A stretch of 63,759 bases of DNA, filler included, from Aduncisulcus paluster (GCA_024181965.1; 14 parts of 14 records of this genome joined end to end with filler, not necessarily neighbours in it); one strand, 5' to 3'; numbered from the whole stretch's first letter, positions 46,627 to 59,472 are shown. Made by a program: numbers and translations. The notes: generated from the letters alone by a model not told the origin.

Positions 46627-47061
46627 CTAAAAGCTTAGGTGACTACCCTTGCTCTTTGGTTCTTTCTTTTGGATTAAATTCCAGCTGTAAGACGATACAC
46701 AAGTCGCTTCTCTTATGCACAGGCCTCTTCCAAGCCCACATAGAAGGGTAGATGCCCATCTACGTGATCTCTCTTCTCTGGTTCGGCCAGGTACCATGAA
46801 ATCGGTTCCATTCCTCCGTACGTGCTCAATAAACTCCCAAGCTTTCTCTCCAATGGCTCCAATTGTTGTCAAGGCGAAGGGTATCAAAAGATAGGGTTGG
46901 TGCTTTTTAGCACAGCCTGTGTCAACAATATTGGCAAAAGGGTCTTGAGCGTAGCTCGTTTCTGAACTATCGTCCTGCTTCTCAGTACCGGAAGCAGATT
47001 GAGGGCTTGAGGGGCGTTGGGAGGGGTTGGGGGGGATCATAGAAGGGGACTCGTTGACAGA
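46627..47061 (-). mobile_element. Remnant of an RLE-type (CRE/NeSL-like) non-LTR retrotransposon C-terminus
   Basis: LIPFALTTIGAIGEKAWEFI....RWASTLLCGLGRG resembles the PLA.ET.G..G..A..FL...LS..LQRGN end of restriction-like endonuclease domains. Confidence 0.55.
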
Positions 47062-47357
47062 NNNNNNNNNNNNNNNNNNNNNNNNNNNNNNNNNNNNNNN
47101 NNNNNTTAATTAATTAANNNNNNNNNNNNNNNNNNNNNNNNNNNNNNNNNNNNNNNNNNNNATACCACTATTTTTAGTGGTATTACCATAAAAAATTTCT
47201 GGAATGGTATTACCATGGTAATACTTTTATTCGGAACGCTAGTGTTGTTGATGAAAGGATCAAGTCATGGGGCAAAATATGCGAGAACCCGGTTGTAACT
47301 GGGTTTTCAAGCGAGACATTCAGAGATGAAGAGTGGACTCACAATCTGTCAGGTGGA

Positions 47358-48113
47358 ATGGATAAAAGGCTATTGCATGATCAGGAAGGGGGCAAAGGAA
47401 ACTCGTTGTGGAAACAGTTCGATGATTCAATGATGGGATTGTTCACAGATCCACATTTTTCACACATTGAGACTGAAAAAACCATCAAAACGAATTTCTC
47501 AACGTTGATATCTTTGGCTTCTTCACCTTCTTCCTTTCTTCTCATCCCGTGTTGTGGACTCCTCTTGCCTTCCTTCAGTGATATAAATTCGATTATCATC
47601 TCACACCCTCCTGTTTACTCACAACAATATACACTCAAGCATGGTGTAATGTCCAAATTGCACTCATCACATGGTACCTTACGACACAATGACTCCACTT
47701 CATATGGTTGGGATAACACTTTCCCGACAACTATCATTGAGGGTCATTCAGATTCACCAATCATCACGACACAGGAACTTGCATTGCCTTCATCGCATCT
47801 CATCCTTTTCCAGGCGTATTACCATCTGCTGCCACGTTTGCTCACTTCCCTGGAGGTCATGTATGCCCATAACCTTGCAAACTCTACGTATTTTATGTAC
47901 TTTGCAGGTGTTGCAAAGCTTGCTGCATTGATTTGTTTTGGGATTAGTCTAATTTTCATGGTGGTGACAGCAAATGATTGTTCAGATATGATGAATTTTG
48001 TGTCCACTTTAAGGTTGAATGGTGAGTGTTATGTGTTCAGAAAACTATTAAAGATCGCCAAACGACAACGTAAGGCCAAAGAGAAAATGAAGAAAGAAAT
48101 TGGACTGGGTTGA
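47358..48113 (+). CDS. Hypothetical membrane protein (probably a C-terminal fragment)
   Basis: 251-aa ORF with one hydrophobic helix (FAGVAKLAALICFGISLIFMVVT) and a basic tail; no recognised family. Confidence 0.45.
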   Translation: MDKRLLHDQEGGKGNSLWKQFDDSMMGLFTDPHFSHIETEKTIKTNFSTLISLASSPSSFLLIPCCGLLLPSFSDINSIIISHPPVYSQQYTLKHGVMSKLHSSHGTLRHNDSTSYGWDNTFPTTIIEGHSDSPIITTQELALPSSHLILFQAYYHLLPRLLTSLEVMYAHNLANSTYFMYFAGVAKLAALICFGISLIFMVVTANDCSDMMNFVSTLRLNGECYVFRKLLKIAKRQRKAKEKMKKEIGLG

Positions 48114-48559
48114 ATTTATTTAGAAGGAATATAGCCGGTATATCCCCGGTAATCGCCGGTTACATACCTCAACAATATCACAAAGAGTGCAGAGTTCTGA
48201 TTTCTAGAATCTAGTAAATTAAACTTCCATTATAGAAAATGAAGAAACTTTCTTCAAGAAAGAAAAAGAAGGAAAGGAGAGATATAAGTCTGTTGCTCGT
48301 TGAATTTTACACAGATATAAGCACCAATAAAGGGACGGGGGCGAAATTACTCCGGAGTAACTTCCTCCGGTAAAACAGACAATTGCGAGTATCCCGGCTG
48401 GATGAAATAGTTTCCCGGCTACTATCTAATGGAGAGGCAATTCAGCTTCTTAATGGTAGGTAGCTGGGAGTTTGAAAGTGCACGATAAGCACCATAAGCA
48501 CGATAAGCACAGCCTTGCTCTCGTGGTGGACACTGACAACACTGTAATCACCTTCAAGG

Positions 48560-48790
48560 ACAGCCTCAAGCCACCTTGCATACTCAACACACTGGTCTGG
48601 CCAGGGAACGTTGGCAAGAGAGAAGAAAGAAAGAAATCATGGCGATGTCATGTTCCACCGACAAACGAGAAGGCTTTCAGCTCAATGAAGCATGGACGGC
48701 CCAAACGAATGAGTTTGACATACCCAGGAATGTCTTCACGACGGCAATTCAGCTTCTTAATGACAATGATTCGGATGGCTGTCCTCTCTT
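48560..48790 (+). mobile_element. Possible degenerate non-LTR retrotransposon fragment
   Basis: MAMSCS...AWTAQTNEFDIPRNVFTTAIQLL resembles the post-RT S.S...AWL..P....L....F..A..LRLG segment of CRE-like elements; GC-richer than its flanks. Confidence 0.3.
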
Positions 48791-48809
48791 GACGGGTGGA
48801 TAAAATGGA

Positions 48810-49204
48810 CAGAACTCTCGTTCAATCGGCGCCAGGCGTCAGTTTTGCCGACATAAGGACGGTCGATTTCGGCTAATGTGTCCGGGTCAGCAGCGTCAAC
48901 AGAGAGATACAACTGGGTGACAGGGGGTATGGCCTTGAGTTTCTCGGGGAGCTGGGAGTTCGAAACGAGGAATGTGCTCAACTTTCTGCGGTGTAGGTCG
49001 AGGATCAGTTCATTGATTTGAGGGTATAAAAGAGATTCACCGACAAGGGAGAGGGCGATGTGACGGGATTTATGGGCAGACTTCCACAAACTTCTTCGTC
49101 CAGTCCAGGAACTCCCCTCTTGGCATGGACGAGGGAACGCTGACCCTCAAGGAGTTTATCAACCAGGGGGACGGGGTCAAGATATTTCCACTCGGGCTTC
49201 CAGG
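48810..49204 (-). pseudogene. TYW1: TYW1 (wybutosine radical-SAM enzyme) internal fragment with frameshift
   Basis: EWKYLDP...KRGVPGLDEE, then a frameshift near 49089, then HIALSLVGESLLYPQINEL..LHRRKLSTFLVSNSQLP....PVTQLYLSVDA..DRP; the CxxxCxxC part is missing, cut by the repeat at 49205. Confidence 0.85.
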
Positions 49205-49679
49205 CACAAATCTCAGTATTAAATGTATCAAATGATCAGGATCTGGCATTGGAGTTGGAGTTGGAGATGGAGTTGGAGTTGGAGTCGACTGCGGTGAAAT
49301 GTCATGTTCCATGAAGCATCAGGGGATTAGATTCGTAGCAGTATACAGACATATGTATACCATCATATTCCGAGTTCTTGATATTTTTGATTGTAAGCAA
49401 AAGCAAGTGAAAATGAAACAGAAAGGCAAGGATAATGATAGAAATGAAATGGAAATATATCCATGTTATTGAATAGCATTGAAATCGTTCATAAATGTTC
49501 TTAACACGTGAAATGGAACTATATCCAGTCCTGAGGGTTCTCCAAAAGCCTGAGATATCGAGAATAAACACCATGGCATGGAAATGAAAATAAAACATGT
49601 TTTTATCATTTACCAGCATTTAATTCGTTTATATGTATTTTTTTTAATTTTCCAATCTTATCTATTGAAGGGTTGCTTG
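49205..49679 (+). repeat. Conserved leader of the MSSSTD cassette (copy E; gene lies beyond the contig end)
   Basis: Starts CACAAATCTCAGTATTAAATG and is near-identical to 41983 onward. Confidence 0.92.
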
Positions 49680-49779
49680 NNNNNNNNNNNNNNNNNNNNN
49701 NNNNNNNNNNNNNNNNNNNNNNNTTAATTAATTAANNNNNNNNNNNNNNNNNNNNNNNNNNNNNNNNNNNNNNNNNNNN

Positions 49780-52177
49780 TGGGCAAGTGGATTGGTTAGA
49801 TGCAGTGAGGGTGGTTAGATTTGTGAAATACGATTGGAATGACATCACGACGGAATTAATGTCACAGATGGAGTTGCCACTGATATTCAGAGAAGTCAAA
49901 GAATCGCCAGGGAAGATAGATGATGTGATGAGAACAGATACATCAGAGATGGAGTTGTTTGAGAGATCTAGGGATGTCAATTTGAATTGGTCTGTGGTTG
50001 AGTCTCCATTAGCAATTGGAGTCAAGTCAAGCACATCACTGATAGCACTCAATCCACATCCACTCGCAGATAGTATCCTCAGACCAGAATCAATGGTTCC
50101 AGACGTCACAGCCTTTGCCAAGATCTGAACAACCAACTTATCATACTCAGCGTTGGAATTAATATCTCCACTCAAGTCATACCCATCAAGGGTCAGAGAG
50201 GTCAATGAAGTGGCATACTCAAGACCTTGCAGGGTCGTGATGGAATTCAGGGATATCCCCCTATCTGTGGCAATGGAAGGAATCGACAATGAAGTACATG
50301 TCAAAACACTCCTCATCGTGGCAACACTGATGACACCATTTGATTCAACATCACTAGTGGAAAGACACTGATCCTTCAGATATTGTCGAATTGAATCATC
50401 ATGAACAGTGTAACACTCACCATTGTCACCTTCCTTCGCAATGAATGCACATTGTTTCTCGTTCACACCATCCACACTGTTGTACACCTCATTCAGAACT
50501 ATTGAAGGGCATGAAATATTTGAAGTATCACAGTTATATGGGGAATTTCCAGGATTAGAGTTGAGAGGACAGCTATTGGGAATAAAGTATTTATCCTTAT
50601 CGGTTGAGGAATGAATTGGAAAGACAGTCGTTATAAATGTCCAATAATCGGTATCATCTTCTGATCTACAGAGAGGCGTGAATTCAGAATAATTTGTATA
50701 CGCAATATACATCTTAGACAATCCAACATTCCTAAATGAGACAGATATATCATAGATTTGTTCATTCCCATAAATTGTCAATCTATACAATCTATTCAAT
50801 GTGAATAAGGAATTGAGATCATAAATATTGACATTATAGGTAGTTGAAGTCTGATTAAAAGATAAGCGTGATTGTTGTTCAAGGAAAGAAATAGGATAAA
50901 CTGATGTTACATCTGTATTTGCTCCATGGAAAAAATACAAGTTTATCAAATACTGAGCACCTTCAACGGATGTAATATGGGAACCAGATGACTCAAAATA
51001 CCCATTTATACCAGCCATCTCAAATTCTGTGACATCACACAATGGATCGACTGTAATATCATATCCAGCAGCATCACACACTTTACCTCTGAACAACCCA
51101 TCTGGAATATACACTTGATACAATTGATCACAATCATCTCCATACCATGCAGCTCGACATCCACATGTGATGGATGAAGCTCCTTCCTCAAGAACAGGCA
51201 TCATATTGGAATGGCCTTCACATACTTGGACACGAATGGCATCATCAACAGAGGCACTCATATATACACAAGTTCCACTTTCAGTATCAAGTTCAGAGCC
51301 ACTATCACATGCAGCAACACACTCTCCAGTCGATTTGTCGAGATAGTACCCATTCCAGCACTCAACAGCCCATTGATCGGGATACACTTCACGACACACT
51401 TGGTGGTCAGAAGAAGACACAGATGCAGAACAATAGCATGTTTGGTCAGAATATGCCAAGGTTGATAAGGTTGGGAATTCGGTTTGCAATTGACTCACAA
51501 TTCCTTCAATGTCACAGATGTTGTTATCACTGATGTTAAGAGTTGTGAGAACAGCATCAGTATCTTCGGGAAACATGGAAGATGTGATGAGAACAGACAC
51601 ATCTGAGATGTTGTTGTTGGAGAGATCAAGGTATGTCAGTTGAAAAGATTTGGTTGTATAGTCCTCAGCAACTACTGAAGTCAAGTCAAGGATATCACTG
51701 ACACTACTCAACGCACATCCACTTGCAGATAAAGAGGTAAGACCAGAGTTAAGGGTGTCGTATTTAACTGATTTTGCCAAGATTTGAACCACCAATCTGT
51801 CATATTCAGCATTGGTGTTAATTTCTCCACTCAAGTCATAGCCATCAATGTTGAGAGATTTTAAGCCAATGGAATTATTTGAAGAATCAATTCCTTGAGA
51901 ATACTCAAGACCTTGCAGAGTCGTAATGGAATTCACAGATAATAGTGACATGGATGTTACAATACTAGATAGGTTCAATGAGGAACAACTCAGAGAACTC
52001 CTCAATGTGGCAACACTAATCATCCCATTGGATTCAATATCAGAACTAATCAGACATCCATTGGCGGGATCAGACAAATAAGCACGAATATTATCATCAT
52101 GAATGGTATAACATGTGAGATCACCATCATCAACAGAGCCACTCGTCTTTGCAATGAAAGCACATTGTTTTTCATTC
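49780..52177 (-). CDS. Internalin-like LRR / EGF-like Cys-rich surface protein (internal fragment)
   Basis: Open across the whole contig; TTLQGLEY, LDGYDLSG, LDLSNNNISDVS, CREVYPDQWAVECW, CGCRAAWYGDDC, IPDGLFR; the module repeats within the ORF. Confidence 0.85.
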
Positions 52178-52277
52178 NNNNNNNNNNNNNNNNNNNNNNN
52201 NNNNNNNNNNNNNNNNNNNNNTTAATTAATTAANNNNNNNNNNNNNNNNNNNNNNNNNNNNNNNNNNNNNNNNNNNN

Positions 52278-54620
52278 ACGATGAACTTAGAACATACCTC
52301 TCTGATGAAACCAATTCATGTTTGACTGCCGATGACATTGAAACTAATGGTATCATCAGTGTTGCTACCCTGAGGAGTGCTCTCACCTGTACCTCGCTCT
52401 CCCTCTCTGATATTGTTTCCTATAGCTCAAACATCTCTGATGTTACAGAGCTCACCACACTTCAAGGTCTTGAGTATGCCACTTCACTGACCTCTTTGAC
52501 CCTTGATGGATATGACTTGAGTGGAGATACTAATTCTAACGCCGAGTATGATAAACTGGTTGTTCAGATCTTAGCAAAGGCAGTGAGTTATTCAAATGAT
52601 TATGGTTCCATTGATTCCGGTCTTACATCCTTGTCTGTCAGTGGGTGCGGGTTATCTGAAGTAAGTGATGTGCTGGATTTGACTCCAATTGCTTCTGCCG
52701 ATACATTAACACAGGTTTTCAAACTTGCTACGCTTGATCTCTCTGACAACTCCATCTCCGATGTGTCTGTGCTCATCACCGAGGATATCTTCCCTGCTGA
52801 TACTCTCGCTACTCTTGATATCAGTGGCAACAACATCTGTGACATTGATGGTATGGTGGATGAGTTAGAAACCTATTTTTCTGCTACTTCTATCGCGATT
52901 ACCTACTCTGACCAGACTTGTAATTGTACGATGCGCATAACTTCAGCATCACACGAAGTCTGCCGTGAAGTATATCCTGATCGTTGGGATGTTGAATGTT
53001 GGAAAGGATATTATTATGATGTTGACAATGAGAGTTGTGTTGAAGCAACTGCCACTGAAGATATTCTTCGTTGTCAAGTATGTGAGCGTAATTCCAAGAC
53101 AAGACCTGTTCTTGAATCTGGTGCTTCTGCCATCACATGTGGATGTCGTTCTGCTTGGTATGGTGATGATTGTGAGAGTTTGTATCAAGTTCATGTTCCT
53201 TCTCTCTGGTTGAGAAAAGGTATGTGCTATTATCTTGGGTATGAATTGACTTTATGTGATTTCTCTGAATTTGAAGCAGCTGGATATTCTGATTCAGTGT
53301 CTAACTCTGATGGATTTGCTTCAATCACAACTCCTGAGGGTCTTCACTATATGATCAATGTTAGTAATGTTACTTTGTTTAACATTTCACCAGTTTCTGC
53401 CCTTGAATTCTCTCTTATGCCTCAACTAACATCCCTCTTATATTTGGATAATTTCCCATCTGTTCATGATTTTGAGGTTTATGATTATCCAACGCCAACA
53501 ATGCATCGATTATCGACATTAGCTATTAGAGGATCAAATTTACTCTATGATATTTCCATGTTTTATAGAAATATAAAGATTGTTAGTTTTGGACTTGCTG
53601 ATACATCTTTGTCAACATACACTGTATACTGTCGATCTGAGGATGATGATACATTCCTTGACTATATTACCAATATTTTCGGACGTCTAACATCCGATTA
53701 TGCCACAGATTATGCTATCCCAAATGCTTGCTCTATCAACGATACTGATGTGTATTATTGCTCGAGTGATACGGAATGTCCCTCAATTGTAATTAACGAA
53801 GTATACAATCATTTCCTCAGCCAAAAAGAGTGTTCAACTATTTCCAAGGAAGGTGATAGTGGTGAATGTTACACAATCCATGATGATACTGTTCGTTCAT
53901 ATCTGACTACAAACTGTGGTGTCACCGCCGAAACGAATGGAGTGATCAGTGTTGCTAGTCTTAGGAGTGGGATGACATGTACTTCTCTGACTCTGACTGA
54001 TATTTCTGCTGATGTGACTGCTATCACTTCCTTACAAGGTCTTGAATACACTCAAGGTCTTGATACAGATGGTAATGTTGTTGGTCTGACAGCCTTAAAT
54101 CTCGATGGATATGATCTGAGTGGAGATAGTGATGTTTCTGAATATGATCAGATCGTTGTTCAGATCCTTGCTAAAGGTGATACTTTTTCAAATAGAAATA
54201 GTGTTTCTGTTGATATTGGTCTTACATCCTTGTCTGCTAGTGGGTGCGGGTTGAAATATATAAGTGATGTGTTGGATCTGACTCCGATTGCTTCTGCTGA
54301 TTCGTTAACACAACCATTTATGCTCTCCACTCTTGATCTCTCTGACAACTCTATCTCCGATGTGTCTTTATTCATTTCTGATGATATCTTCCCTGCTGAC
54401 ACCCTCACAACTCTAGATATTAGTGGTAACTACATTTGTGATGTTGATAATGTGAGTAGCGCTCTAACCTCTTCAATTTCCACTCTCTCTACTCTCACTA
54501 TAAATGATCAAAATTCATGTGCTTGTGGTTTCAATTCCTTATCATCCTCTGCAATCGCATTTTCTGAACATAGAACTTGTAGAAGGAGGTCTGATGGTCA
54601 TTATCAGGTTGAGTGCTGGA
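52278..54620 (+). CDS. Internalin-like LRR / EGF-like Cys-rich surface protein (internal fragment)
   Basis: Same ~520-aa module repeated about 1.5 times; open across the contig. Confidence 0.85.
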
Positions 54621-54720
54621 NNNNNNNNNNNNNNNNNNNNNNNNNNNNNNNNNNNNNNNNNNNNTTAATTAATTAANNNNNNNNNNNNNNNNNNNNNNNN
54701 NNNNNNNNNNNNNNNNNNNN

Positions 54721-57142
54721 CTCTGACCCTTGATGGGTATGACTTGAGTGGATATATCAATTCCAATGCTGAGTATGATAAGTTGGTTGTTCAGATCTTG
54801 GCAAAGGCTGTGACGTCTGGAACCATTGATTCTGGTCTGAGGATATTATCTGCGAGTGGCTGTGGATTGAGTGCTATCAGTGATGTGCTTGACTTGACTC
54901 CCATTGCTTCTGGAGACTCAACCACAGACCAATTCAAACTGACATCCCTAGATCTCTCAAACAACTCCATCTCTGATGTATCTGTTCTCATCACAGAATC
55001 GATATTCCCAAATAATTTCCTCACAACTCTTGACATCAGTGATAATAATATCTGTGATATTGAAGGAATGGTTGATGAATTGGAAACTTATTTCTCCACT
55101 GGAATCTCGATTACCTACTCAGACCAAACATGCCATTGTTCTGCATCCGTGTCTTCTTCTGACCACCAAGTGTGTCGTGAAGTGTATCCCGATCGTTGGG
55201 CTGTCGAGTGCTGGAATGGGTACTATCTTGACAAAGCCAGCGGAGAGTGTCTTGAGGTATGTGCGGGTGGGTCTGAGATTGATACTTCCAGTGGAAGCCC
55301 ACCATATCCATGCATAACAGCTGCTTCAGATGTTGATGATTCCATTCGTGTCCAAGTATGTGAAAGACATACCAATATGATGGCTGTTCTTGAAGTTGGT
55401 GATTCATCCATTACATGTGGTTGTCGATCTGCCTGGTATGGAGAAGACTGCTCGAGTGAGTGTCCAATTGTTGGAGGTGAAGTATGTTCTGGTCATGGAA
55501 GTTGTAACACCACCGATCATGCATGTGAGTGTGACACTTGGTATGACGATGCTTCATGCTCAACTCTTGTTCCGATATACTCCCCTGAATGTGATCGTAC
55601 ATTCACCATTGATGACCATTTGGAGTGCAATGAGGTATATCCTGGTCGTTATGCAGCCGAGTGTGAGGATGGGTATTATTATGACCAAGGAGAGTATTCT
55701 TGTGTTTATGACACCAATACTGACTGTCCCAATGATATGAATGATAATCAAATGTGTGTCAAAACAGCAGATGGTGATGTTATTACATCTGATTGTCGAT
55801 CTGCTTGGTATGGTGACGATTGTGACCAGTTGTATTCCGTTCATATCCCTGATACGTTGTTCAGAGGTAAAGTGTGTGATGCTATATGTAATAGTGATCC
55901 TCTTTGTGATGTCACAGAGTTTGGAATGGCTGGAATTATCGAGATTGAAACCAATGAAATTTATATTACATCATTTGTTGGTGTTGAATATTTGATCAAC
56001 ATATACAAATTCCATGCAAGAAATACATGGGCAACTTCCGTTAATTCTTTTTTTGGTCTTAAACAACTGAGTCTTATGTTTTTCAATATTAGAAATGAAG
56101 AATTTATTTATAATTCCAATATTTATGATCAAAATGATATATATTATCAAAGTAGATTATCTAAATTATTCATTTATGGAAATGAACGAATTTTCGATTT
56201 ATCTGTTGCATTTCGGAATATCGGGATGAAAATGTTAACTATCGGCTGCACACCCGACTCTTTTTTCATTCCCCTTTGTAGATTAGAGGGTGATATTGAT
56301 TATTTGGACTTTATTGCCGCAATATTTCCAATTCATAATACAATAACAACCACTGCAAACAGCTTTTTCCTCCCCAACAGCTGTCCTCTTAATATTGATC
56401 CTGGAAATTCCCCATATAACTGTAATACTTCAAATGCTTCATGCCCTTCAATAGTTCTGAATGAGGTGTTCAACAGTGTGGATGGTGTGAATGAGAAACA
56501 ATGTGCATTCATTGCGAAGGAAGGGAGCAGTGGTGAGTGTTACACTGTTCATGATGATTCAATTCGACAATATCTGAAGGATCATTGTCTTCCCACGAGT
56601 AATGTTGAATCAAATGGTGTCATCAGTGTTGCCACCATGAGGAGTGTTTTGTCATGTCCATTGGATGCTAATAGTAATGAGTCATTGTCACTTCCAGACA
56701 TAGCTTCTGCAGCTTCCTTAAGTTCTGTGAATTCCATCACGACTCTGCAAGGTCTTGAGTATGCCACTTCACTGACCTCTCTGACCCTTGATGGGTATGA
56801 CTTGAGTGGAGATATTAATTCCAATGCTGAGTATGATAAGTTGGTTGTTCAGATCCTGGCAAAGGCTGTGACATATTCGAATGATTATGGAACCATTGAT
56901 TCTGGTCTGAGGATATTATCTGCGAGTGGCTGTGGATTGAGTGCTATCAGTGATGTGCTTGACTTGACTCCCATTGCTTCTGGAGACTCAACCACAGACC
57001 AATTCAAACTGACATCCCTAGATCTCTCAAACAACTCCATCTCTGATGTATCTGTTCTCATCACAGAATCGATATTCCCAAATAATTTCCTCACAACTCT
57101 TGACATCAGTGATAATAATATCTGTGATATTGATGCTGTGGT
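54721..57142 (+). CDS. Internalin-like LRR / EGF-like Cys-rich surface protein (internal fragment, extra EGF modules)
   Basis: Includes tenascin-type EGF CSGHGSCNTTDHACECDTWYDDASC; 54721-55060 recurs almost identically at ~56780-57135. Confidence 0.85.
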
Positions 57143-57242
57143 NNNNNNNNNNNNNNNNNNNNNNNNNNNNNNNNNNNNNNNNNNNNTTAATTAATTAANN
57201 NNNNNNNNNNNNNNNNNNNNNNNNNNNNNNNNNNNNNNNNNN

Positions 57243-57691
57243 AAAATGAAACAGAAAGGCAAGGATAAGGATAGAAATGAAATGGAAATATATCCAAGTT
57301 ATTGAATGGCATTGAAATCGTTCATAAATGTTCTTAACACGTGAAATGGAACTATATCCAGTCCTGATGGGTCTCCAAAAGCCTGAGATATCGAGAATAA
57401 ACACCATGGCATGGAAATGAAAATAAAACATGTTTTTAGCATTTACCAGCATTTAACTCGTTTATATGTGTTTTTTTTAATTTTCCAATCTTATCTATTG
57501 AAGAGTTGCTTGTTCAGTCTGTTGGCGGCTAAGCACCGATGTCCATTTTTTCTTTGCAAACGAGCAAATTGTATGTTTACTATATGCCATATCTTTTATT
57601 AAATGTATATTAAGAAATATTTTAACCGGATTCATTCATTATTCTGCTTGTTTTTATATTTATTTAGATAAGAAATTCTATCTCTATTCAA
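57243..57691 (+). repeat. Conserved leader of the MSSSTD cassette (copy C, 5' cut by contig end)
   Basis: Near-identical to the other leaders, with a short insertion at ~57519-57541. Confidence 0.9.
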
Positions 57692-58810
57692 ATGAGTTCT
57701 TCCACAGATGCTGTTATTCAAACTGTGGAACCTGAGTTTGTTCATGAAGGATCGGGGGGATGTTGTCCGGTTCCTGGAGATGCCCCCAGTATTAAGAGTG
57801 CGGAGTTTCCAACTATCAAAGCAATTAATGGAACCAAGGAAGCAGGGGAATGTGGGTACGATCAGAGTTCTAGTGCACGAGACATGATGAGAGGAGAGGT
57901 TAATTATGGACAATTTACCTATATCTCCATCCCTTTCTCATCATCTTCCCCAATGAAAGGGGCTTATATTTGTCTTGATGGTAGATCTTATTCTTCACCT
58001 CCATCACACCTTATCTTCACTCTCACATCTTCAAAGGGTGATAAAACATCCAAAAAATACGAATTTCCTGGATTTGAAGGTTTTCATTGGCATTTCCTTC
58101 CTGTTGATCTCCCTGATGTTGTTCTGTGTGAGATTACAGGGAAAGGAATATATAGCAAGTATTTTAGAATCATCTCCCTTGTTTTCATTGGTAGAGAAGA
58201 AACTCCTGAAGAAATCAAATCTCATGAAGCTAAAGAGAAACTATGGTCTGAAACTCCAGTTGTGAAACCAGAGTTTGTTAAGGTGGGAGGTATAAAAGAT
58301 GGCTTTGGATCTTTTGATAGAAAATCTATTCCCATTCCACGAGATGATCCAAAGCTTGTTGATCCTTCATTCTCAATGGTTAAGTGCAAGGATGATTTGG
58401 ATAGTAAGGAATCTAGGGAGTATGATCAGAGTCTAAATGCACAAGGAATGTTAAAAGGGGAATGTGGTGTATGGCTATCTCATCTTTCCATTCCTTTCCC
58501 ATCACCTAGTCCAATGAAAGGTGCTTATATCTGTGTGGGTAAGGTTGATAGTTCACCCTCTCTTCTCTTCACTTTCACTGATTGTGATGGTAAGAAGATA
58601 AACAAAAAGTATGAATTCACAAGACTTGAACATATATATGAATGCTACTTCCTTCCTATTGATTTGGATAATGTTGTATTGTGTGAGATTGAAGGGAAAG
58701 GAACGTGGAATGATGAGAAAAGTCGACATTTTTGCATCCTCTCCCTTATGTTTACTATGCCCGAGGAAACCATTGCAGCTGAACGAGTATCTCTTCTTCC
58801 ATGGAAATAA
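57692..58810 (+). CDS. MSSSTD family tandem DOC-like domain protein, short form (copy C)
   Basis: Intact 372-aa ORF with two internal repeats, ending AAERVSLLPWK. Confidence 0.87.
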   Translation: MSSSTDAVIQTVEPEFVHEGSGGCCPVPGDAPSIKSAEFPTIKAINGTKEAGECGYDQSSSARDMMRGEVNYGQFTYISIPFSSSSPMKGAYICLDGRSYSSPPSHLIFTLTSSKGDKTSKKYEFPGFEGFHWHFLPVDLPDVVLCEITGKGIYSKYFRIISLVFIGREETPEEIKSHEAKEKLWSETPVVKPEFVKVGGIKDGFGSFDRKSIPIPRDDPKLVDPSFSMVKCKDDLDSKESREYDQSLNAQGMLKGECGVWLSHLSIPFPSPSPMKGAYICVGKVDSSPSLLFTFTDCDGKKINKKYEFTRLEHIYECYFLPIDLDNVVLCEIEGKGTWNDEKSRHFCILSLMFTMPEETIAAERVSLLPWK

Positions 58811-59405
58811 TTCAAGAAATGGTATAAAATGCTAATATTCTGTGAAGAATAATAAAAAAAAAAGTACCTGTTTTTATTTCTGGGGTCTTTATTCTAGATT
58901 GTTGGACAAAATCCCTATGTCATAGGGCCTATGGGTTGGAAATGGAAGTCGAATGCAATGCATTCAATGTATTGTCCCGGAAAGAGATTCTCAAACGGGT
59001 TTTGAGAACTTTGATTTCTGAGCAAGAGAAAATATATCTAAAACCCAATAAAATCAATTCGTTTGTTCTTTTCAAGCGTTATTTCTTGATTCTTAATAAT
59101 TCAACATCAAATATGAGAGTGGAATCAGGTGGAATAGAATCGCCAGCTCCACGGCTGTCGTGATTGATTTAGCTGCAAGAAAATATAATAAATTTGCTAG
59201 CCCGACTTATTTTATAGTCGTTAACACGGGTACCATAACCATAATCAGGATCGATTTGATTACAATCATGGCTCTTTCACCAACACTTAATGTAAGAAAG
59301 GCTTCATCCCAAACACTGATAACCATACCCATTCCAACTGCAAATCCAAAAACCTACGATATCACTTTCCATGATTGTCACATTGTCAATCTGGGGTGAA
59401 ATAGT

Positions 59406-59472
59406 ACAAAGCTCAGTATTAAATGTATCGTATGATCAGGATCTGGCATTGGAGCATTGGAGTTGGCATACC
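59406..59472 (+). repeat. 5' end of another MSSSTD cassette leader (copy F)
   Basis: ACAAAGCTCAGTATTAAATGTATC..ATGATCAGGATCTGGCATTGGAG matches 41984 onward. Confidence 0.85.
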
